Shown piece by piece: positions 55,822-64,000 of a DNA stretch of 64,000 nucleotides. Both the position numbers and the translations under genes were made by a program. The stretch's first letter is position 1, and every line of letters begins with the position of its first letter. Below the pieces are notes generated by a model, which was given only the letters and a program-made list of their open reading frames with translations, was not told the DNA's origin and did not search any database. This DNA comes from Candidatus Omnitrophota bacterium (lineage in GTDB: Bacteria; Omnitrophota; Gorgyraeia; Zapsychrales; JANLHA01). The stretch lies in NCBI GenBank assembly GCA_040753435.1, contig JBFMEN010000058.1:18817-82816 (forward strand), read 5' to 3'.

Positions 55822-57486
55822 ATGACAGGACAAAAACTCTTCAGATTTATTTTTTCGGTTTTGATTGGCGCTGGCGTTCTTGCATTTATAAGCGGGAGTT
55901 CGCTTGCCAATAATTTATCAATCAGCAATGTCTCTTTGGAAGATCGGGATGCAGGCGGGAATACCGCGGTGGTTGAATTTGATATTTCCTGGCAAAACTC
56001 ATGGCGTAATGACATCAACCGTGACGCAGTCTGGGTTTTTTTAAAAGTCTGTAAAGGCACAGCTTGCTCACCGGATGCCAATGTGGCATGGACACACGGG
56101 ATGCTGGCTACAGCCGGCGATAACCCTGCAGATAGCGCTCCGGGAGATAACGCGGACATGAATATTTACGTGACAAGCGATCTTGTCGGGGCGTTTTTAT
56201 ATCGTAAATCATCCGGCAACGGGACAATGTCTGCCAATGATGTACAGCTGAGGCTGGATTACGGGGCTTCCCCGACAAGCGCAGGGGATACGGACCAGAT
56301 CCAGGTCAGGGTCTTTGGCATCGAAATGGTGTATATTCCGGAGGGGGATTTTTATATCGGGGATGGGAACGGGACGAGCGAGTCAACCAGTGCCTTTCAC
56401 AGCGGTACGGGGAACGCCGCGGTGCAGATTACATCGGCGTTGACCGGGGATATCAGGGTAGACGCCGGCACTTACGACGATACACAGATTGAGAATACCG
56501 GAATCGGCATCGACGGTGACGGCGGGTTGGACACGGATGACAACGGCAGCGTGGATAACGCGAATTTCCCTACCGGCTGGACAGAGTTTTATTTAATGAA
56601 GTATGAAATGAACCAGGCGCAGTACCGGGATTTTTTGAACACGCTGACCCAGGAACAACAGAACACCCGCACGGGTACAGATTTAAGTGCGGAAGGCGCT
56701 TCGGGATATTATGTAATGCACAATGCAACTACCTCCAGTTTTCGCGAGACAATAAAAGCGGGTGACGATCCTGCCGACGGCATGCCGTATACCTTTGGCT
56801 GTGATCTGAATGACAACGAGGTTCTTGATGAATATGACGACGGCGAGTGGATTGCGATGCATTATTTGACGTGGATGGATTTGTGCGCCTACGCGGACTG
56901 GGCGGGGTTAAGGCCCATGACAGAACTTGAGTTTGAGAAGGCGGCGCGCGGTTCCCGGGACGAAATTTACGGGGAATACAGCTGGGGTACGACCTCGGCT
57001 ACCCAGGCCGATAGTACGGTTGTGAACAGCGGGCAATCAAACGAGGCGGCAAGCACAACCGGCTCGGGACTGGCAAACTATAGTGCGCTGACTATTCTGG
57101 GACCATTACGGACAGGATTCGCGGCAACCTCTTCGACAAACCGGACAGGGGCCGGGGCAGGGTATTACGGAGTGATGGAGTTGAGCGGCAATATCGGAGA
57201 AAGGACAGTCACCGTGGGCAATACTGATGGAAGATCATTTGAAGGAACCCATGGGGACGGAGTGTTGACGGCAAGCGCAAGTTATGAAGGCAATGCTACC
57301 AATACTGACTGGCCCGGGATTGATGATGTCCAGGAAAGGGGCGTGACTGGCGCCAGCGGCAGCGGTATTCGGGGGGGGCAGTGGTTCGCCAATGAAGATG
57401 ACATGTACATATCGTACCGTTACAATGCGGCCAATCCAACCACGCGCACCAGCGAATACGGGGGACGATGCGCACGGGGGCTTTAA
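55822..57486 (+). CDS. Secreted protein with C-terminal FGE/SUMF1-like (formylglycine-generating-enzyme superfamily) domain and large N-terminal domain of unknown function
   Basis: A signal peptide (MTGQKLFRFIFSVLIGAGVLAFISGSSLA) follows the RBS. The FGE-superfamily blocks YLMKYEMNQAQYRDFLN, WMDLCAYADWAGLRPMTELEFEKAARGS and GGQW are present. The ATG at 55822 is preferred over the track's TTG at 55798. Confidence 0.55.
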   Translation: MTGQKLFRFIFSVLIGAGVLAFISGSSLANNLSISNVSLEDRDAGGNTAVVEFDISWQNSWRNDINRDAVWVFLKVCKGTACSPDANVAWTHGMLATAGDNPADSAPGDNADMNIYVTSDLVGAFLYRKSSGNGTMSANDVQLRLDYGASPTSAGDTDQIQVRVFGIEMVYIPEGDFYIGDGNGTSESTSAFHSGTGNAAVQITSALTGDIRVDAGTYDDTQIENTGIGIDGDGGLDTDDNGSVDNANFPTGWTEFYLMKYEMNQAQYRDFLNTLTQEQQNTRTGTDLSAEGASGYYVMHNATTSSFRETIKAGDDPADGMPYTFGCDLNDNEVLDEYDDGEWIAMHYLTWMDLCAYADWAGLRPMTELEFEKAARGSRDEIYGEYSWGTTSATQADSTVVNSGQSNEAASTTGSGLANYSALTILGPLRTGFAATSSTNRTGAGAGYYGVMELSGNIGERTVTVGNTDGRSFEGTHGDGVLTASASYEGNATNTDWPGIDDVQERGVTGASGSGIRGGQWFANEDDMYISYRYNAANPTTRTSEYGGRCARGL

Positions 57487-57550
57487 GAAACACAAGAATG
57501 AAAGAAAGTTGGTGTTTTTTCATCGCTCAAATCCGGATCATTTTCAAAAA

Positions 57551-57578
57551 TTGACAAACGAAAGGCTTTGGATATAAT
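57551..57578 (+). promoter_or_regulatory. Sigma70-type promoter for pgk-tpiA-secG
   Basis: TTGACA at 57551-57556, a 16-nt spacer, then TATAAT at 57573-57578, ~60 nt upstream of pgk. Confidence 0.6.
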
Positions 57579-57641
57579 ACTGAAGTTATTTTCGGCCCTT
57601 TATATTTATAATACTAACTTTATTAGGGAAAGAGGTTGTAG

Positions 57642-58823
57642 ATGAATAAAAAGACGGTTAAAGACCTGGCTCTTAAGGGCAAAAAAGTGATTGTGCGTGT
57701 AGATTTTAATGTCCCCCTTGATGAGAAACTCAACATTACCGATGACCTCCGGATTCAATCTTCTTTACCGACCATTAAATATATTCTTGAAGAAGGAGCT
57801 TCGAAGGTTATATTGATGAGTCATTTGGGCAGGCCAAAAGCCAAGGTTGTGGATTCGATGCGGCTGACTCCGGCAGCTAAAAGACTTGAAGAACTTCTTG
57901 GCCAAAAGGTTCTAAAACTTGACGAGTGTGTTGGTCCGGATGTAAAAAAAGCCATTGATGCATCAAAAGAGAAAGTGATCTTGCTGGAGAACCTTCGTTT
58001 TCATAAAGAAGAAGAAGCCAATGATCCGGGATTTGCCAGGCAACTGGCCGAGCTTGCCGATATTTATGTCAATGATGCCTTCGGAACAGCTCACCGTGCG
58101 CATGCTTCGACGGAAGGGATAACAAAGTATCTTCCTTCGGCGGCGGGATTCCTTTTGGAAAAGGAAATTCAATTCTTAATCGGAGCGGTACAATCTCCCA
58201 AGAGGCCTTTTGTGGTGATCCTGGGCGGGGCCAAGGTTTCCTCAAAGATCGCCCTGATTGAAAATATTCTAACAAAAGCCGACAAGGTTGTTATCGGCGG
58301 TGGCATGGCATACACTTTTTTAAAAGCCCGGGGGATTGAAATCGGAAAATCATTGTTTGAACCGGAAACCCTGGCTGTGGCAAAAAACATCTTGAAAAAG
58401 GCAGACGAGAAGGGCGTTAAAATTATTCTTCCTGACGATTATGTCGTTGTGACCGATTTTGATAAACCTCAGGAGAAGAAGGTTGTTTCCGGGAACATCG
58501 ACCCTGATTGGGAAGGGGTTGACATCGGGCCCGGGAGCATCAGGAAATTTACGGCGGCTATTGCAGATGCAAAGACGATCGTTTGGAACGGACCGGTCGG
58601 CGTTTTTGAGATCGATGCCTATGCCGAGGGGACAAAAAAAATAGCCGAGTTTATAGCCGGTCTTGATGCCGTATCTATCGTAGGCGGAGGAGATACAGCA
58701 GCCGCTGTAGCCAAATTTAATCTGGAAAGCGGGATGACACATATTTCAACCGGAGGCGGAGCTTCTCTGGAATTGCTTGAAGGGAAAGAACTGCCGGGAC
58801 TGGTTGCTTTGAATGATAAATAA
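57642..58823 (+). CDS. pgk: Phosphoglycerate kinase
   Basis: …KKVIVRVDFNVPLDE…RIQSSLPTIKYILEEGASKVILMSHLGRPK… is canonical. Confidence 0.95.
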   Translation: MNKKTVKDLALKGKKVIVRVDFNVPLDEKLNITDDLRIQSSLPTIKYILEEGASKVILMSHLGRPKAKVVDSMRLTPAAKRLEELLGQKVLKLDECVGPDVKKAIDASKEKVILLENLRFHKEEEANDPGFARQLAELADIYVNDAFGTAHRAHASTEGITKYLPSAAGFLLEKEIQFLIGAVQSPKRPFVVILGGAKVSSKIALIENILTKADKVVIGGGMAYTFLKARGIEIGKSLFEPETLAVAKNILKKADEKGVKIILPDDYVVVTDFDKPQEKKVVSGNIDPDWEGVDIGPGSIRKFTAAIADAKTIVWNGPVGVFEIDAYAEGTKKIAEFIAGLDAVSIVGGGDTAAAVAKFNLESGMTHISTGGGASLELLEGKELPGLVALNDK

Positions 58824-58918
58824 TTAACATGTGCTCCGGAGCAAATGTTCCCCGGATTTTTGTTAATCGGGGAACGGGGTTCAGGGGAGTTGGGGAACTT
58901 AAAAGAGGAGTTATTTAA

Positions 58919-59686
58919 ATGAGAAAGCTGTTTGTCGCAGGAAACTGGAAAATGAACAACACGATCACCCAGGCAATTGAACTGGTTAATGGGCTGAAGC
59001 GTGAAATCGGCGATGTTGAAGAGGTGGACATGGCGGTTTGCCCAACAGCGGTTTGTCTGGTTGAAACCGTTGATACGGCGGTGGATTCGAATATTAAAGT
59101 TGGCGCTCAAAATATTTATTGGGAAGATTCCGGGGCTTTTACCGGGGAAATTTCTGCTTCGATGGTTAAGGAAGCAGGCGCCACTTACGTGATTCTCGGC
59201 CATTCCGAGCGCCGGCAGTTCTTTGGCGATACCAATGAAACAGTGAATAAAAAGATTAGAGCTGCGTTATCTCACGGGTTGCTTCCAATTGCCTGCATTG
59301 GAGAGAGTTTGGAAGAGCGTGAGGCTGGAAAGACAATGGCCGTGATTCAGGAACAATGTGCAGGAACATTCGCGGGGTTAACGGCTGAGGAAATGGAAAA
59401 AATCACGGTCGCCTATGAGCCGATTTGGGCGATTGGAACAGGTAAGACTGCGACATCGCAGCAAGCCCAGGAAGTACATGCATTTATCCGTAAATGGCTT
59501 GAAGGAAGATTCGGTCAGGAGACTGCGCAAGTAATTCGAATTCAATATGGCGGAAGCGTTAAGCCCGAAAACACAGCTGATTTATTATCCCAATCTGATA
59601 TTGACGGTGCCCTGGTCGGCGGCGCAAGTCTGAAAGTAGATTCTTTCAGCGGGATCATTAAATCGGCGGCAAGGATTAGAAAATAA
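58919..59686 (+). CDS. tpiA: Triosephosphate isomerase
   Basis: FVAGNWKMN, AYEPIWAIGTGKTAT and GGASLK are present. Confidence 0.95.
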   Translation: MRKLFVAGNWKMNNTITQAIELVNGLKREIGDVEEVDMAVCPTAVCLVETVDTAVDSNIKVGAQNIYWEDSGAFTGEISASMVKEAGATYVILGHSERRQFFGDTNETVNKKIRAALSHGLLPIACIGESLEEREAGKTMAVIQEQCAGTFAGLTAEEMEKITVAYEPIWAIGTGKTATSQQAQEVHAFIRKWLEGRFGQETAQVIRIQYGGSVKPENTADLLSQSDIDGALVGGASLKVDSFSGIIKSAARIRK

Positions 59687-59726
59687 AAGATTCGGAGTGA
59701 CTACATAAGAATGTGAGGTTAAAAGC

Positions 59727-60095
59727 ATGACAGGACTTTTTATTTTTGTTCACGTATTAGTATGTGTGATGCTGATTGTGATCATACTGATGCAGTCGGG
59801 ACGAGGCGGCGGTTTGACCGAAGGGTTTGCAGCGGCAGAGTCTGTTTTTGGCGCTAAAACAAATGAGTTTATGATCAAGGCAACAGCGATTGCCGGAATT
59901 ATTTTTTTAGTAACTAGTCTGACGCTGGCCCATTTGTCCTCACGGGCAGAGCGATCTATTATGGCTGATCAAGAGCAGAAAATGGAGCAAGAGATGGAAA
60001 CTCTGCCTTTGCTGCCGGATGACGTCAAGTCCCCGGAAGCAGGGCCAATTGAAGACATGGAAAATCCTTCTCCGGTTACCGTTCCTGAAAACTAG
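59727..60095 (+). CDS. secG: Preprotein translocase subunit SecG
   Basis: LIVIILMQSGRGGGL is the SecG signature; two TM helices, 122 aa. Confidence 0.85.
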   Translation: MTGLFIFVHVLVCVMLIVIILMQSGRGGGLTEGFAAAESVFGAKTNEFMIKATAIAGIIFLVTSLTLAHLSSRAERSIMADQEQKMEQEMETLPLLPDDVKSPEAGPIEDMENPSPVTVPEN

Positions 60096-60308
60096 ATCGG
60101 CATCAAAACGTTTCCACTCTCTAAAATGGCATTGGAAATGGTGGCAGGGTGATTAAGCCGACAGAATGTTTTTCACTGTCGTATTGAATGATGGCAGAAT
60201 GGTTGAATAGGAGTGAGTTCAGAGAGGGATGTCTTCTTGATTTTTAAGATGATTACTTTCAAAATCGCTTTAAATCCTATCCTTACCCCCGGTGGAAAAG
60301 GAGATTTT

Positions 60309-62042
60309 ATGAGTTTCCTATTTCGAAAAGGATTTTTGTTGTTTCTTTCTTTTCTTCTGTTCACCGGGATCACTCCGCCAGATTCTTTTTCTGAAACGGA
60401 CAAACATGGCGGGGTCCTTGTTATCGCCTCAAGCAGCGACCCAAAATCCTTCAATCCCATCATGGCGAAAGAAACAACGACATCGATGATCACGTCAATG
60501 ATTTTTGAAGGTTTGACCAGACTGGATGGCGAAACCCTCGAAGTAAAACCTCAATTGGCCGAAAGGTGGAGTGTCAGTCATGACGGGCTGATGTGGACAT
60601 TTTATTTACGCAAGGATGTGAAGTGGAATGACGGCCACCCGTTTACAGCTGATGATGTGGTCTTTACTTTTAAAGACCTTGTCTATAACGATAATATACC
60701 AAGTTCCGCGCGTGATATTTTCACGATTGATGGACAACGTTTTGACGTGAGGAAGGTAGATGAATATACAGTGCAGTTTATTCTTCCTGTTCGGTTCGCT
60801 CCTTTTTTAAGTTCATTAAGCCAGGAGATATTGCCAAAGCACCGTTTGGAAAAGACGGTTTCTTCCGGTGATTTTAATTTTACTTGGGGGATTGATGCTG
60901 ATCCGGACGATGTTGTCGGCACAGGGCCTTTCAAATTGAAGCGCTATTATCCCGGCGAAAGGGTGGTTTTTGAACGTAATCCGCATTACTGGAAACGCTC
61001 TGAGGAAGATGGCTCTTTGCCATATCTTGATGGCATTGTTCTCCTGATTGTTCAGAATCAGGACGCAGTCGTTTTGAAATTCCTGGAAAATGAAGTCGAT
61101 TATTGTGAGGTCCGCGGCATCGATTATCCGGTCCTTAAACCTCTCGAAGAACAAAAGAATTTCACGTTGTTTGAAGCCGGACCGGATTTTGGCAGCAATT
61201 TTCTGGTCTTTAACCAGTCGTTAGCCGTTGATCCGTTGACACAAAAGCCAGTCATTTCCGGGAATAAATTGCGATGGTTCAGGGACACTGACTTTCGCCG
61301 CGCCGTAGCTCACGCTATTGATAAAGAAAAGATGGTGATGATTATCAAGAATGGATTAGGTTATCCCCAGCGTTCCGCCATGAGTCCTTCTTCGGGGGTT
61401 TTTTACACGGATGAAGTCAGAAACTATCCTTATAGTATAGAGACAGCCCGGAGCATTCTTTCAGTTGCCGGTTATCGCGACAGGGACAACGATGGCATCA
61501 TCGAAGATATGCAAGGGGTTCCGGTGGAATTTAATCTTTACACGAACGCCGGCAATCCGGAGCGCGAACAGATTGCCGCGATGATCCGCCATGATCTTGC
61601 CCTTCTTGGAATGAAAGTCAATTTTATCAGTATGGAATTTAATACCCTTATTCAAAAACTGAATTCAACATTCGACTGGGATGCTGTCATTATGGGACTG
61701 ACAGGGGGCATAGAACCACATTTCGGGAAGAATGTCTGGCACTCCAGCGGACAGCTTCATCTGTGGTATCCCAATCAAAAACAACCTTCGACGGAATGGG
61801 AAAAAAGAATTGATACGGTTTTTAATCTGGGGGTCCAGGAACTTGATCAGGAGAAACGCAAGAGGCTTTATGATGAATGGCAGATGATTGTTTCTGAACA
61901 GTTGCCGTTAATATACACTGTTTTGGGAGAGAATATGTTTGCAGTTAGAAATCGGTTTGGCAATCTTCGTCCGACTGCTTATGGGGGGGCGTTTCATAAC
62001 TTGGAAGAAATATATGTGAAACAAGTAACAAGTGACAAGTGA
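60309..62042 (+). CDS. ABC transporter periplasmic substrate-binding protein, family 5 (oligopeptide/dipeptide/nickel type)
   Basis: An AAAGGAG RBS and signal peptide (MSFLFRKGFLLFLSFLLFTG) precede SBP_bac_5 blocks (…FNPIMAKETTTSMITSMIFEGLTRLD…). The track's 60213 start includes non-coding leader. Confidence 0.8.
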   Translation: MSFLFRKGFLLFLSFLLFTGITPPDSFSETDKHGGVLVIASSSDPKSFNPIMAKETTTSMITSMIFEGLTRLDGETLEVKPQLAERWSVSHDGLMWTFYLRKDVKWNDGHPFTADDVVFTFKDLVYNDNIPSSARDIFTIDGQRFDVRKVDEYTVQFILPVRFAPFLSSLSQEILPKHRLEKTVSSGDFNFTWGIDADPDDVVGTGPFKLKRYYPGERVVFERNPHYWKRSEEDGSLPYLDGIVLLIVQNQDAVVLKFLENEVDYCEVRGIDYPVLKPLEEQKNFTLFEAGPDFGSNFLVFNQSLAVDPLTQKPVISGNKLRWFRDTDFRRAVAHAIDKEKMVMIIKNGLGYPQRSAMSPSSGVFYTDEVRNYPYSIETARSILSVAGYRDRDNDGIIEDMQGVPVEFNLYTNAGNPEREQIAAMIRHDLALLGMKVNFISMEFNTLIQKLNSTFDWDAVIMGLTGGIEPHFGKNVWHSSGQLHLWYPNQKQPSTEWEKRIDTVFNLGVQELDQEKRKRLYDEWQMIVSEQLPLIYTVLGENMFAVRNRFGNLRPTAYGGAFHNLEEIYVKQVTSDK

Positions 62043-62203
62043 CAAGAAAAATTTAAAACAAAGAATTCAAAAACTGAAATTTAAATTTTACATATCGAAT
62101 GACTTGTATTGTTCCGGGGATTGATTATAAAAGATTCTTTTCTAAAAAAGTTGCGTTTATCAGATCTCCTTATCACATGTAACTTGTAACTATTAAAAGA
62201 ATT

Positions 62204-63175
62204 ATGACCAAATATATCTTAAAACGTTTTTTGATTGCGATTCCGATGCTGTTCATGATGGCGTTTCTGACATTTCTTTTAATGCAGAAAACGGCGGGAA
62301 GTTATTACGACCTTTTGAAAATGGATCCGCGGATTTCTCCTCAAACGATTGAAAGATATGTCCAGTTGTACCAGTTAGATAAGCCTTTGGTTATTCAGTT
62401 TCTGAATTGGGCCAAAAATCTTTTCCGTTTTGAATTCGGATATTCATTTTATTACAACATCCCCGTCTCAAAGGTTATCGGCGGACGCCTCTGGAATACA
62501 TTTATTCTGTCATTTTCCGCTATCCTGGTGACATGGCTTGTGGCGATTCCTTTGGGGATTTTAGCTGCCCTTAATCGCAATCGTTGGCTCGACCGGTTGA
62601 TCCAAATTTTTTCTTATGCGGCGTTATCGACTCCCGGTTTTTTTCTCGGAATGCTGCTGCTTTTTTTTGCAAGTAAAACAGGCTGGCTTCCGATCGGCGG
62701 CATGCACAGCGCTCGTTATGAGCAAATGATGTGGTTTGAGCGGGCCTGGGATCTTATGAAGCACATGATTATTCCCGTTACGGCATTATCTGTCGCATCA
62801 ATCGGAGCGCTCCAGCGGATTATGCGGGGAAACATGCTTGAAGTTTTGGGACAACAATATATTTTGTCGGCGCGGGCGAAAGGCATTCCCGAGCATCGCG
62901 TGATTTATTTCCATGCGCTGCGTAACGCAGTCAATCCACTAATCACTCTTTTAGGGTATGAGTTTTCCGCGCTGTTAAGCGGAGCCGCTCTTCTGGAAAT
63001 TATCACTTCCTGGCCGGGTCTCGGTTCGCTTATGTTGACCGCAGTTCGATCAAAGGATATTTACCTGGTCATGGCCAGCTTCATGATGGGGTCAGTATTG
63101 TTTTTAATAGGGAATCTTGTCGCGGATATTCTGTTAGCCAATTCCGATCCGAGGATAAGATATGAGGAAATCTAG
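62204..63175 (+). CDS. ABC transporter permease (OppB/DppB-type)
   Basis: Polytopic permease with an EAA-like loop region (…ILSARAKGIPEHRVIYFHALRNAVNPLITL…). Confidence 0.85.
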   Translation: MTKYILKRFLIAIPMLFMMAFLTFLLMQKTAGSYYDLLKMDPRISPQTIERYVQLYQLDKPLVIQFLNWAKNLFRFEFGYSFYYNIPVSKVIGGRLWNTFILSFSAILVTWLVAIPLGILAALNRNRWLDRLIQIFSYAALSTPGFFLGMLLLFFASKTGWLPIGGMHSARYEQMMWFERAWDLMKHMIIPVTALSVASIGALQRIMRGNMLEVLGQQYILSARAKGIPEHRVIYFHALRNAVNPLITLLGYEFSALLSGAALLEIITSWPGLGSLMLTAVRSKDIYLVMASFMMGSVLFLIGNLVADILLANSDPRIRYEEI

Positions 63176-64000
63176 TTACGGTGCAATGATGAAAAAACAT
63201 CAGAGTGAATTTCAGATTGCCCTGCATAGTTTCTGGAGAAACCGCTTCGCAGCGATTTGCCTGGGCGTCCTTATCTTGCTTTATATTTCAGCGATATTTG
63301 CCGACTTTCTAGCTCCGTATTCTTATGATACTGAAGACCGGCAATATTCTTATGCTCAACCCATGAAAATCAACTGGCGGGATGAAAAGGGACACTGGCG
63401 CTGGCCGTTTGTGTTCGGAGTTAATATAACGTTTAATGAATTTCATGGGCGGGATTATGAAATTGATAATACGCAAAAATATCCGTTGCGTTTTTTTGTT
63501 GAGGGAGAGGAATATAAACTGTTTGGGATTTTTGCATCAAACATAAGGCTGTTCGGGGTCAAAGAGCCTGGACGTATTTATCTGCTGGGTGCTGATTCGC
63601 GCGGGCGGGACCTCTTATCAAGAATCCTCTATGGAGGCAGGGTGTCTTTATCCATAGGGCTGATCGGCGTAGCGATTTCTTTTACCATCGGTTTGCTGGT
63701 TGGCGGGATATCAGGATATTATGGAGGTCGTATTGATAACGTTCTTATGCGGATTTGCGAACTGTTCATGATGGTTCCAGGATTTTATCTGCTGCTGGCA
63801 TTACGCGCTGTTGTTCCTGCGAGTTTTAATTCTGTTCAGGTTTATTTCTCGATCATTATAATTTTATCGTTTATTGGATGGGCTGGTCTGGCCAGGATCA
63901 TTCGGGGCATGGCCCTATCATTACGCGAGCGGGAATATGTCCTTGCGGCCAAAACCATGGGGCTTTCCGATTTTCAGATTATTGTGCGGCATATTCTGCC
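63162..64000 (+). CDS. ABC transporter permease (OppC/DppC-type), 3' end beyond the window
   Basis: ATG at 63162 overlaps the upstream stop. The translation is a TM-rich permease (…SLSIGLIGVAISFTIGLLVGGISGYYGGRIDNVLMRICELFMMVPGFYLLLALRAV…). It is absent from the ORF track because it is open to the window edge. Confidence 0.7.
   Translation, partial: MRKSSYGAMMKKHQSEFQIALHSFWRNRFAAICLGVLILLYISAIFADFLAPYSYDTEDRQYSYAQPMKINWRDEKGHWRWPFVFGVNITFNEFHGRDYEIDNTQKYPLRFFVEGEEYKLFGIFASNIRLFGVKEPGRIYLLGADSRGRDLLSRILYGGRVSLSIGLIGVAISFTIGLLVGGISGYYGGRIDNVLMRICELFMMVPGFYLLLALRAVVPASFNSVQVYFSIIIILSFIGWAGLARIIRGMALSLREREYVLAAKTMGLSDFQIIVRHIL

Noticed and set aside
60180-60210. Sigma54-like -24/-12 element TGGCAG-N5-TTGAAT upstream of the ABC substrate-binding gene
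   Set aside because: The critical -12 GC dinucleotide is GA rather than GC, and no enhancer-binding-protein gene is present in the window, so it is most likely chance.
1-64000. Searched for CRISPR arrays, tRNA/rRNA genes, IS elements, integrases and toxin-antitoxin pairs
   Set aside because: I saw no spacer-repeat periodicity, no tRNA-like cloverleaf candidates in the intergenic regions, and no transposase or integrase-like ORFs in any frame. The window looks chromosomal and non-mobile.

Overview
The window is a 64-kb, almost entirely plus-strand, gene-dense stretch. It appears to come from an anaerobic, moderately AT-rich, Gram-negative-type bacterium: it carries class III ribonucleotide reductase (NrdDG), a single-polypeptide pyruvate:ferredoxin oxidoreductase, Mla, LolA-like and outer-membrane barrel proteins. 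Only three genes lie on the minus strand (metF, an AmrS-type radical SAM enzyme and its FMN/ferredoxin membrane partner). No rRNA, tRNA, CRISPR array or obvious transposase/integrase was seen.

In order, the window contains:
- the end of an MMPL/RND exporter with a LolA-like protein and an outer-membrane barrel;
- a 59-aa DUF2892-like membrane protein that the ORF track misses;
- nrdD-nrdG behind a textbook NrdR box;
- PFOR plus a dihydroorotate-dehydrogenase-like paralog;
- a membrane-fused spermidine-synthase-like protein and a membrane-anchored sulfite-oxidase-family molybdoenzyme;
- a curious module in which a membrane/coiled-coil protein is flanked by two paralogous small acidic proteins, each behind a conserved ~75-nt leader;
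- an orphan AmrS radical SAM enzyme coupled to a NosR/NapH-like FMN-ferredoxin membrane protein;
- a small radical SAM enzyme followed by a sensorless histidine kinase and a NarL-type response regulator;
- a YfhO-like GT-C protein with a TPR partner, and two receiver-only response regulators;
- a MlaEFD, zinc-ribbon, AsmA-like and CcdA lipid-transport/envelope locus;
- a DNA-repair pair, an EndoQ-like PHP nuclease and a short UvrD-like helicase, which end in the identical hexapeptide GQMTLF (a beta-clamp-binding-like tail) and sit behind shared GGTTTAG / TAAGCGCTAAACC motifs;
- metF;
- a ~23-kb surface-glycan island, described below;
- a secreted FGE/SUMF1-like protein;
- pgk-tpiA-secG behind a near-consensus sigma70 promoter;
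- an Opp/Dpp-type ABC importer.

The glycan island is bounded by fcl at one end and gmd at the other. Within it are a split transketolase, a B12-radical-SAM enzyme, a GT10-like fucosyltransferase and four class I methyltransferases. It also holds a nonulosonic-acid-type sub-pathway (phosphatase, cytidylyltransferase, DegT aminotransferase, NeuB-like synthase) with an embedded SPASM radical SAM enzyme, a flippase, GT2 and GT4 transferases, and an initiating sugar-phosphate transferase.

The most interesting candidates for undescribed biology are the EndoQ/UvrD pair with shared tails and shared upstream motifs, the duplicated leader-plus-acidic-peptide module, the AmrS-ferredoxin pairing, and the radical-SAM-rich nonulosonic acid sub-cluster.
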